In this document: positions 20,020 to 27,602 of the stretch, in pieces
Layout: every line of letters begins with the position of its first letter
Numbering within the stretch: the stretch's first letter is position 1
Origin: an uncultured Verrucomicrobia subdivision 3 bacterium
Lineage (GTDB): Bacteria > Verrucomicrobiota > Verrucomicrobiia > Limisphaerales > UBA11358
DNA: 64,000 bases
NCBI GenBank assembly: GCA_903895255.1
Contig: CAITTG010000027.1
Location: forward strand, 30,991 to 94,990
Direction: 5' to 3'
Made by a program: the position numbers and the translations under genes
Notes under the pieces: model-generated
What the model was told of the DNA's origin: nothing
Database searches by the model: none
What the model saw: the letters and a program-made list of their open reading frames with translations, nothing else

Positions 20020-20643
20020 TTACTCAATTTGCTTTTTAAGAATATCCAACTCCTGGACCTCCAAGGGTCGTTGCCACTTTGAAGATTTTAGAAGTGTTTG
20101 CAACGCTGCCGCCAACTCCGCATGACTTTTCTCTTTATATTGAAACCTGTTCCAATCGCAATGTTCATGACAATAATAAAGATATTCTGCAGGCAGTTGA
20201 GGTGAACCAAAACATGTATAACCCCAAACAATAATAAAAGGCACCCCATCAACCAGGCAAATCGGCTCCAATGGCCAGGCTGAATAAGGTGTTCCCCCGA
20301 GAAAAACCGCCCCGCCAAGTTCGGGACGCTGGAATTCCGAATCCTTTCGCTCGGTGTATAACATGCGACACAATACGAAAATTTGATCGGCATGATCATC
20401 GAGTATGGCCACCGCCAGCATGTGCCGGTAGGCTTGGTCGGCCCCCATGGCTTGCAACTCAATCGCTTCACGAATATAGCGTGCCGGTTTGTATTCGTGC
20501 TTGTATGAAATATCCTGAAAAGTCGGCAACTGTTTCAAACGGCTGTCAGGGCAAGTGCAACACCCGTCCACCAAAAAGGTCAATAAAACGACCCAAAAAA
20601 TGTTGGCAAAATCCAATCGGCTATGCAGCGGCGGATTCTTCAT
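20020..20643 (-). CDS. Hypothetical protein, N-terminal signal anchor, AT-rich orphan
   Basis: 207-aa ORF with TM/signal segment IFWVVLLTFLV. Much lower GC than both neighbours. No family recognised. Confidence 0.5.
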   Translation of the reverse strand: MKNPPLHSRLDFANIFWVVLLTFLVDGCCTCPDSRLKQLPTFQDISYKHEYKPARYIREAIELQAMGADQAYRHMLAVAILDDHADQIFVLCRMLYTERKDSEFQRPELGGAVFLGGTPYSAWPLEPICLVDGVPFIIVWGYTCFGSPQLPAEYLYYCHEHCDWNRFQYKEKSHAELAAALQTLLKSSKWQRPLEVQELDILKKQIE

Positions 20644-20670
20644 TCTTCATTCTGCCTGCTTCATTCCCCC

Positions 20671-21651
20671 TCAGTCCTCCGCCTTCGAACTCCGCGCGAT
20701 CAAATCCCTTAACGCCAGCGCCGGGGCTTTGCCCTCATACAGCGCGGCGTGGACCTCGTCCACAATCGGCGTTTCCACGCCCAATTTCCGCGCCAGTTCG
20801 GCGGCGGACCGGGCCGTGGGATAACCCTCGGCCACTGCCGTCAGGCCGGCGGTAATCGCGGCCAGGGACTCACCCCGGCCCACGCGCTCGCCAAAGCCCC
20901 GGTTGCGGCTGAGCTTTGAAAAACAGGTGACCATCAGGTCGCCCAAGCCGCTCAGGCCGGAGAACGTCTCCGGCTGCGCGCCCGCCGCCACGCCGAGCCG
21001 GCGCATTTCCACCAGCGCCCGCGTGACGAGCGCGGCCTTGGAATTGTCGCCAAAGCCCAGCCCATCGCAAATCCCGGCGGCAATGGCGATGACATTCTTC
21101 AACGCGCCGCCCAGTTCCACCCCCGCCAAATCCTGGCTGGTGTACACCCGGAACGCCGGCCGGTGAAAGAGCGCCTGCACTTCCCGGGCGGTGGCTGCAT
21201 CCCCCCCCGCCGCGACGATGGCCGTGGGGATGCCCCGCGCCACTTCCAGCGCAAAGGAGGGACCCGACAGCGCCGCCCGCCGCGCGCGCGGCGCCGTTTC
21301 GGCCAGAATCCCACACATGGTCAGCCCACTGTGATGTTCGATGCCCTTGGTGACACTCACCAAACCGCCGGAAAAATCCGCCAGCGCGCCGGTCACGCCC
21401 CGCAAGGCCTTGGACGGCACGGCGACCACCACCCAGTCCGCCCCGTCCAGCGCAGCGGCGAGGTCGGTGGCGTAGCGCAAATTCACGGGCAGTTCAATAC
21501 CCGGCAGGTAACGCTCATTGCGCTGCGTGCGGCGCAAGTCCGCCAGGTGCGCCGGATCGTGGCCCCATAGCGTGACGGTTTGCCCGCCGGTTTGGAGCAA
21601 CCGCGCCAGCGCCGTGCCCCACGCGCCCGCGCCCAGGACGGTGATTTTCAT
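20671..21651 (-). CDS. gpsA: NAD(P)H-dependent glycerol-3-phosphate dehydrogenase
   Basis: MKITVLGAGAWGTALA Rossmann motif plus conserved body. 4-nt overlap with plsY. Confidence 0.9.
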   Translation of the reverse strand: MKITVLGAGAWGTALARLLQTGGQTVTLWGHDPAHLADLRRTQRNERYLPGIELPVNLRYATDLAAALDGADWVVVAVPSKALRGVTGALADFSGGLVSVTKGIEHHSGLTMCGILAETAPRARRAALSGPSFALEVARGIPTAIVAAGGDAATAREVQALFHRPAFRVYTSQDLAGVELGGALKNVIAIAAGICDGLGFGDNSKAALVTRALVEMRRLGVAAGAQPETFSGLSGLGDLMVTCFSKLSRNRGFGERVGRGESLAAITAGLTAVAEGYPTARSAAELARKLGVETPIVDEVHAALYEGKAPALALRDLIARSSKAED

Positions 21652-22298
21652 GGGGTCACCCCCTTCTCCCCCGCCTTCTTTTTGCCGAAATCAATCCGGT
21701 TTTCCGTGCCGGCCAGCAGACGCTCAATATTCTTTTTATGTTTGTAAATCGCCATCGCCGCCAGCACCCCGGCCACGGCGGTGAGACCCGGCTCATGCGT
21801 GCTGAACCACGTCGCCACCGGCAGCACCGCCGCCGCCGCGATGGAGGCCACGGAGACATAACGCGTCGCCGCAAATAAAACGATCCACACCGCCAGCGCC
21901 ACCAGCAACGCCCACGGCACCAGCGCGATAAACACCCCCGCGGAAGTGGCAATCCCCTTCCCTCCCTTGAATTGCAGCCAGCAAGTGTAGTTATGACCAA
22001 GGATGGCCCCGACGCCCGCCACCACCGGGAGCCAGCCCAAGGCCCCGCCGATGACCACCGTATGCGCCACCCACGGGGCCAGGAGGGCGACCGCCGCCCA
22101 GCCTTTGGCGGCATCCACGAGCAGGACAAAAATACCCAGCGCCTTGCCCACGGTGCGGAAGACATTGGTGGCGCCCATGTTTTTGCTGCCGACGGTGCGA
22201 ATATCCACACCCTTCGCCCGCCCGACAAGATAGCCCGTGGGCAGGGAGCCGAGCAAATACGCGGCCAGCAAGGTAAGCACGTAACTCAAGATAGACAC
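21648..22298 (-). CDS. plsY: Glycerol-3-phosphate acyltransferase PlsY
   Basis: GSLPTGYLVGR..G.DIR..GS.N.GATN and FKGGKG motifs. Polytopic membrane protein. Confidence 0.9.
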   Translation of the reverse strand: MSILSYVLTLLAAYLLGSLPTGYLVGRAKGVDIRTVGSKNMGATNVFRTVGKALGIFVLLVDAAKGWAAVALLAPWVAHTVVIGGALGWLPVVAGVGAILGHNYTCWLQFKGGKGIATSAGVFIALVPWALLVALAVWIVLFAATRYVSVASIAAAAVLPVATWFSTHEPGLTAVAGVLAAMAIYKHKKNIERLLAGTENRIDFGKKKAGEKGVTP

Positions 22299-22395
22299 CC
22301 CGCGAGGATAGGCCGGGCGGACGGAAAGTTCAAAATTTTAATCTGAGTTGGCCAGCTGAATTATGCGGAGGCGCGAAGAACGCCGGGCAGAGCAG

Positions 22396-22797
22396 TTATT
22401 TCAGCAAGGCGGTAAATCCGGCCTGCTCAAAATGCTTGTCACCGGTAAGCGCATCATTGACATTCCGCTCACGCATCACCACAAACGAAACGCAATCAGT
22501 TAACGTCCACCCCTTGTCGGAGTGCTGGTGATAAAGGACCAACGCTCGGTCGAGGCTTTCCCGGGTCGCGGGAACAACTTCACAAGCCGCGGAACCCCGT
22601 AATAAAAGGATAAAGTCCCGAATTCTTACGCGGCATTCGGATTGGGCCAATGCATCAGCCACTTCCATGAGCACCCAGTCAGTCGTGAGCAAACGCGCCC
22701 GGGATTCACGAGAATATTTCAGCACCCGATCGTGGTGCTGGTCACGACGGTTCAACCGCGCCACAAAGTAAAAGGCATCAGCAAAGACCAGGCTCAT
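22396..22797 (-). CDS. vapC: PIN-domain toxin (VapC-like)
   Basis: 133 aa. The acidic residues follow the PIN pattern (FADA..., LMEVAD, LTDCVSF, TGDKHF). 4-nt overlap with the upstream small antitoxin ORF. Confidence 0.8.
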   Translation of the reverse strand: MSLVFADAFYFVARLNRRDQHHDRVLKYSRESRARLLTTDWVLMEVADALAQSECRVRIRDFILLLRGSAACEVVPATRESLDRALVLYHQHSDKGWTLTDCVSFVVMRERNVNDALTGDKHFEQAGFTALLK

Positions 22798-23006
22798 GGC
22801 CGCTCATGCCCATGAACGTAATGGTCGAGATTGGCAGCCAGGTCGGAGGGTAAATCCCCCGCCATGCCATCAAAATCCCTGAGGGTCTCCAACAAGGTGG
22901 GGGGTTGTTCGGTCACGGGCTCAATCCGAACGATGGTTCCTGATGCCCACGGCACATCGCTGGGCAATTTGATCATTCCCTGTTCAATAACGGCGGTAAT
23001 GCTCAT
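22794..23006 (-). CDS. Antitoxin partner of the PIN toxin (AF2212/DUF104-like)
   Basis: MSITAVIEQGMIKLPSDVPWASGTIVRIEP... followed by LPSDLAANLDHYVHG. The internal ATG at 23006 is preferred to the track start at 23093. Confidence 0.65.
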   Translation of the reverse strand: MSITAVIEQGMIKLPSDVPWASGTIVRIEPVTEQPPTLLETLRDFDGMAGDLPSDLAANLDHYVHGHERP

Positions 23007-23145
23007 CTTTAGGAAGATACCAGACCAAACCGGTCTCGTCGAGAGGGCAAATCTCGGATTCCAGGGTTGGCCCTGCCGTCTTTTGGTCGCCATTCGCGCT
23101 TAAATTTTGGCAGCCTCACTCTGGTGTTTGAAAATTGAAGTTTCC

Positions 23146-24540
23146 TCAACCTCGTTCCCACCGCAACCCCATCACCAACACCCCGTCCGCCCCCAACCGC
23201 GCCGTCAAACTCGCCCCCAACGCCTGGGCCAGCGCCCGGCTCAGCGGCAGGCCCAAACCCGCATGCTCGCCGCCGCTGCGCGCCGGGTCTTTGCGCCACA
23301 GGCGTTCGAACAGATGCGGTAGATCTTCGGCAGTCACATCCCCCGCCGGATTGCAAAAACTTAACTCCGCCGCGGCCGCGTCCCAGCGGACCCTCCCCTG
23401 CCCGCCCGCCGGTGTGTACTCCACCAGATTCGCCAGCAGATTGACGACGATGGACCGCAGTATGGCCCGGTCGGTGGAGCAGACCGCATCCACTGGAATC
23501 TCAAAAACGACCGTGAGTTCCCGTTCCGTGGCCCGCCCGACCAGGGCTGGCCAGACTTCCGCCACGAGCGCCGCCAGCGGCACGGGTTCCAGTTGCAGTC
23601 GCACCCGGCCACTCTCGCAGCGGGCCAGTTCCAGCAGGCGCGTGACCATCGTCTCCATTTGCAGCGCAATGGCGAGCGTATCCGTGGCGCGGGCGGGCCC
23701 GCCGCCCGCCGGCCAGGCGAGTTCCACCTCGGCCAGCGTGCGGAGTTCAGCCAGAGGGGTGCGCAGTTCATGGGCGAGGTCGGCGCTGAACCGGCGTTCG
23801 CGCTCAAAAGAGTCCGCCAGCCGCGCCAGCAAATCATTGAGCCGGCTGGCGATCGGCTGCAATTCCGCCGGCAGGCTTGCCACGGGAAAGCGCGTTTGCA
23901 AGGAGTCGGCGGTGATCGCGGCGGTCTGCCGGGCCAGCTCGCCCAGGGGCGCATGCCCGCGCCGCACGGCGTGCCGCACCAGCGGCACGGTCATCAGGCC
24001 GGTGAGCAGTCCGGTAATCCCCAGCACCGTGGCCAGCGTGGCCAGCGTGGTGTCCAGGTCATGCCGGTCGGCCGCCACCACGAGCAGCAAGGGCGTGGGC
24101 ACCTTGGGCGCGGGTTCGCCGTCCTCGGTCTTCAAATTAAATTGCACACCGATGGCCCGCCCGTCGCGGTCGCCGGGCAAATCCAGATCCCAATAAACCG
24201 GCTGCGTCAGCGGGCCCGTGCGGCAGGGCAGATCCGTCTCCGCGAGGCGCTCCGACCGCGCGCAGCGCACCCCATTAGTTTGCCACAGCTCGTAGTACTG
24301 CGGGAAGACCTGGTCCGCGCCGGAGGAAAACGCGGCATCCGGCAATTCCACCTGGATGCCGCCGTCCTCCCCCCGCTCGGTCTGGTTCATGAGGGTGAGC
24401 GCCTTGGCCCGCAGGCTGGCGTCAAATTCATTCAGCAGCGCCAGCCGCGTGAAAAAATAAATCGCGCCGCCGCTCGCGAGCAGCAACAGGCCGAAGCCCG
24501 CCAGGATCGTCAGCGTCAGGTGCCGGCGGATGGACGTCAC
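23146..24540 (-). CDS. Two-component sensor histidine kinase (periplasmic loop, HAMP, HisKA, HATPase)
   Basis: Two TM helices. H-box FSADLAHELRTPL, N-box NLLANLVEYT, G-box GLGLPLS. A GTG at 24540 gives a GTGA overlap with the response-regulator stop. Confidence 0.85.
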   Translation of the reverse strand: MTSIRRHLTLTILAGFGLLLLASGGAIYFFTRLALLNEFDASLRAKALTLMNQTERGEDGGIQVELPDAAFSSGADQVFPQYYELWQTNGVRCARSERLAETDLPCRTGPLTQPVYWDLDLPGDRDGRAIGVQFNLKTEDGEPAPKVPTPLLLVVAADRHDLDTTLATLATVLGITGLLTGLMTVPLVRHAVRRGHAPLGELARQTAAITADSLQTRFPVASLPAELQPIASRLNDLLARLADSFERERRFSADLAHELRTPLAELRTLAEVELAWPAGGGPARATDTLAIALQMETMVTRLLELARCESGRVRLQLEPVPLAALVAEVWPALVGRATERELTVVFEIPVDAVCSTDRAILRSIVVNLLANLVEYTPAGGQGRVRWDAAAAELSFCNPAGDVTAEDLPHLFERLWRKDPARSGGEHAGLGLPLSRALAQALGASLTARLGADGVLVMGLRWERG

Positions 24541-25211
24541 ACGGGCTCCTTTAATGTATAACCCAGGCCGCGCTTGGTGTGAATGAGGGGCGGGCACCCG
24601 GGGGCCTCGAGTTTTTTGCGCAGGGTACAGATGGCGGAGTCCACGACGTTGCTCATGAGATCCACGGCATCGTCGTAAATGTGGGTTTCAATCTCGCCGC
24701 GCGTCACGATCTGGCCGCGCCGCCGGACGAGATATTCGAGGAGCCGCAATTCGCGGGCGGTTAAATCCAGCGGCTGGCCGCCCCGCGTGACCGTGCGGGC
24801 GGTCAGGTCCAGCTCCAGGTCGCCCAGCGCAAGGCGGTTGCTCCGGGTGGCGTAGTGGCGGCGGCACAAGACTTGCACCCGCGCCAGCAGTTCCTGCAAG
24901 GCAAACGGCTTGACCAGGTAATCATCCGCGCCCGTTTGCAAACCATCGACCCGGTCCGCCACGGTGTCGCGCGCCGTGAGCAGCAGGATGGGGGTTTGCG
25001 CCCCCCCCGCCCGAAGACGGCGCAGCACTGTGAGCCCATCCAGCTTGGGCAGCATGACGTCCAGGATGAGCGCGTCGTAATCGTTGGCCTCCGCCAGCCA
25101 GAGGCCGTGCTCGCCGTCGCCGCTCAGGTCCACCTTGTAGCCGGACTGGCTGAGCGCCTTGCCCAGCGACTGTTGCAACCGCACGGAATCTTCCACCAAA
25201 AGGACGCGCAT
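24537..25211 (-). CDS. OmpR-family response regulator
   Basis: MRVLLVEDS...DALILDVMLPKLDG receiver plus a winged-helix C-terminus (LT.RELRLLEYL...TLRKKL...I.T.RG.GY.L). Confidence 0.9.
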   Translation of the reverse strand: MRVLLVEDSVRLQQSLGKALSQSGYKVDLSGDGEHGLWLAEANDYDALILDVMLPKLDGLTVLRRLRAGGAQTPILLLTARDTVADRVDGLQTGADDYLVKPFALQELLARVQVLCRRHYATRSNRLALGDLELDLTARTVTRGGQPLDLTARELRLLEYLVRRRGQIVTRGEIETHIYDDAVDLMSNVVDSAICTLRKKLEAPGCPPLIHTKRGLGYTLKEPV

Positions 25212-25255
25212 GACGGCAGGTTAGGGAATATTCCCGGGCGGGTGAACTGGAATCG

Positions 25256-25846
25256 TCACTTCACGGGCACCCCGTTGAGCAGGTTCACCAGGTCTTTGTG
25301 CGCCTCCTGAAAAGCATCCGCATTGACCTGGTCCATGGCGTACGGGGCCATTTCCTCAAGGAGCTGGATGCGATTGGCGATCAAGGGCATGTCCTCGGGC
25401 GCGGGATGCTTGGGGTCGGAGAGTCCGTCTTCGTTCAGGTCCTCAATCAAATCCTGGCGTTCCTCGGCGGGGAGGGTGGGATCATTGATAGCGCCCCACC
25501 AGTAAGCCTCGGCATCCGGGTCCGCGCCGACGAGACTGAGCGCCTCCCGGGCTTCGGGATCCTGAATGGGAGCCTTGGCGGTTTTCACCTTGGCGGACTT
25601 GGGCTTTCTCACCGCGACCGTTGGGACAGTGGCATTAGTCACCGCCGGCGCGGGTGCGGGCGCCGTGTCCTCCGCCACCATCGGCGGCGGCAGCGCTGGA
25701 GTGACCAGCGCAGGTGCCGACACCGGGGCCGGGGCGGCCAGGGCGTGCAGGCTTTCGGGGGCCTGAGCATGGTGGGTGACCAGCACCCAGGCACTCACCG
25801 CCGCCGCGACCGCGAAAGCGCCAATAAATATCAGAGGTCGGTTCAT
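25256..25846 (-). CDS. Hypothetical membrane-anchored or secreted Ala/Pro-rich protein
   Basis: N-terminal hydrophobic segment LIFIGAFAVAAAVSAWVLV, Pro/Ala-rich linker, acidic C-terminal domain. First gene of the apparent operon with the response regulator and kinase. Confidence 0.55.
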   Translation of the reverse strand: MNRPLIFIGAFAVAAAVSAWVLVTHHAQAPESLHALAAPAPVSAPALVTPALPPPMVAEDTAPAPAPAVTNATVPTVAVRKPKSAKVKTAKAPIQDPEAREALSLVGADPDAEAYWWGAINDPTLPAEERQDLIEDLNEDGLSDPKHPAPEDMPLIANRIQLLEEMAPYAMDQVNADAFQEAHKDLVNLLNGVPVK

Positions 25847-25910
25847 AACCGTTAAAAATTGAACAAATAATATATGATGTATACTTGAACTGGGCGCATT
25901 GACTCATTGG

Positions 25911-25958
25911 CCACGGATGGACACCGATAAACACGCGCCTACCGGTGTCCATTCGTGG
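25911..25958. repeat. CCACGGATGG-family repeat arranged as a 16-bp-stem hairpin
   Basis: CCACGGATGGACACCG (25911-25926) pairs with CGGTGTCCATTCGTGG (25943-25958). There is one G-T pair on the plus strand and a 16-nt loop. Confidence 0.7.
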
Positions 25959-25976
25959 TGGAATTATTTTACAAGT

Positions 25977-26477
25977 TCAGTCTTTTTCCTCACCCGCGTC
26001 CTCGGTGCTAATGACTTTGCCATCCGCATCCACTGCCACTTCCAATTGCTTCCCGCCTTTTTCAAACGTGGCCTCATAAGTCACCTGATTGTCCTTGTCC
26101 GTGGCCTTTTCAAACCCGGACAACTTGGCCCCGGCGGCTTGCGCGGTCAGGGATTTCTGCGCGGCCGCGGGGAAGTCCGCAAACTCCACATCCTCCTCCT
26201 GGCCCATGTACTTGCCCTTTTTGGAGATCGCCAGTTCAAACTTGTGGGTGCCCTGTTCGATATCGAATTCAAAGAACTTCGTGCCATCCTGGTCACCCTT
26301 TTCGATTTTTTTGACCTCGGCCTCCGTGGCGTATGTGGCCAGCGTGGCTTTGACCTTCGCCGGCACTTTATCAAAAGCGATGGCATCTTCTTTTTCGTCA
26401 CCCGCAAAGGCGCAAGCGGCGACAGCGGCAATGAGGGACAAGGTGGCGGCACCGGTAATGATCTGTTTCGTGTTCAT
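25977..26477 (-). CDS. PepSY-like / beta-lactamase-inhibitor-fold lipoprotein (two repeats)
   Basis: Lipobox-like LIAAVAACA. Two repeats of the P..V...L........V..IEK....G...FE.....G...E........G type. Confidence 0.6.
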   Translation of the reverse strand: MNTKQIITGAATLSLIAAVAACAFAGDEKEDAIAFDKVPAKVKATLATYATEAEVKKIEKGDQDGTKFFEFDIEQGTHKFELAISKKGKYMGQEEDVEFADFPAAAQKSLTAQAAGAKLSGFEKATDKDNQVTYEATFEKGGKQLEVAVDADGKVISTEDAGEEKD

Positions 26478-26580
26478 AATTGGATTGATTTGGTTTTACT
26501 GGCCAGGCCAGTGTTTAAAGTACGAGGCTCATTCAACCACACCTCCATTATGCCAGGATTATGCCCGAAAAAATATTTGC

Positions 26581-26610
26581 AAAAAAGTACCTGGACAGCG
26601 GATGTCCAGG
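26581..26610 (-). terminator. Candidate rho-independent terminator downstream of hisF
   Basis: On the minus strand: CCTGGACA-tccgc-TGTCCAGG followed by TACTTTTTT. About 160 nt downstream of the hisF stop. Confidence 0.5.
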
Positions 26611-26768
26611 GTTCCCCGCTAAACTCGTGCATGATGAATGTCCTCGCGACCATCAAGAACGGCCGCCTCGGGAAAATCGGGTCACTGCCCGGGTGCGCCC
26701 GCGTCCGCCGTGCCCCCGGAATGGCCCCGGGAAAAATCTTCAAGATTCGCGAACTTTTTCCCGCAGCC

Positions 26769-27542
26769 TCACAACCGCACCGGAATATTTTTCCCCGCCA
26801 AAAATTGTTTCACATCACCAACGGTATAGGTCCCGTAATGAAAAATGCTGGCCGCCAGCACCGCATCCGCCCGGCCGGCGAGCAACACTTCCGCCATGTG
26901 CTCCAGGGTGCCGGCCCCGCCGCTGGCCACCACGGGCACACCGACGGATTCGCTGATGCGCCGGGTGATCACCAAGTCAAAACCCGCCTTCGTGCCATCG
27001 GCATCAATACTGTTCAGCACGATTTCGCCCGCACCCAGGGCCACGGCCCGCTGCGCCCATTCGACCGCATCCAGGCCAGTGTCCTTGCGGCCGCCATGGG
27101 AAAAGACGCCCCACTTGTCCGGGGCGATCTTTTTGGCGTCGATGGAAACCACGATGCACTGGCTGCCAAATTTTTCCGCCCCCTGGCGGATCAGGTCGGG
27201 GTTGTTAATGGCGGAGGAGTTGATGCTGATTTTATCCGCACCGGCCCGGAGCATGGCGAACATGTCCTCCACGGACTTGATGCCGCCGCCGACGGTGAGC
27301 GGCATGAAACACTGGTCGGCGGCCCGCTCAATCACCGACACCATGGTGGCGCGGCCATGCGCGGTGGCGGTGATGTCGAAAAACACCATTTCATCGGCGC
27401 CCTGGTCGTTGTAGCGGAGCGCGAGTTCGACAGGATCGCCGACGTTGCGGAGTTCGCCCGCCTCGGCTTTGCCGAATTGCACGCCGCGCGTGACGTTGCC
27501 GTCATGCACATCCAGACACGGAATGACTCGTTTGGCCATCAT
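26769..27542 (-). CDS. hisF: Imidazole glycerol phosphate synthase cyclase subunit HisF
   Basis: [40 protein letters not shown]...G conserved blocks. The upstream TTG at 27575 is an alternative start. Confidence 0.9.
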   Translation of the reverse strand: MMAKRVIPCLDVHDGNVTRGVQFGKAEAGELRNVGDPVELALRYNDQGADEMVFFDITATAHGRATMVSVIERAADQCFMPLTVGGGIKSVEDMFAMLRAGADKISINSSAINNPDLIRQGAEKFGSQCIVVSIDAKKIAPDKWGVFSHGGRKDTGLDAVEWAQRAVALGAGEIVLNSIDADGTKAGFDLVITRRISESVGVPVVASGGAGTLEHMAEVLLAGRADAVLAASIFHYGTYTVGDVKQFLAGKNIPVRL

Positions 27543-27602
27543 GATGAGAACATTGAAATCGGGATGGCCCGCCAAGGCAACTCATTCCTTGGCGGGAAGC
27601 AA

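Noticed and set aside
23094-23145. TGGCAG-N5-CTCTGG resembling a sigma54 -24/-12 promoter, and a similar TGGCA-N7-GGCAC at 53745-53762
   Set aside because: The -12 element does not match TTGC in the first case and the spacing is off by one in the second. The first has no downstream gene in the right orientation.
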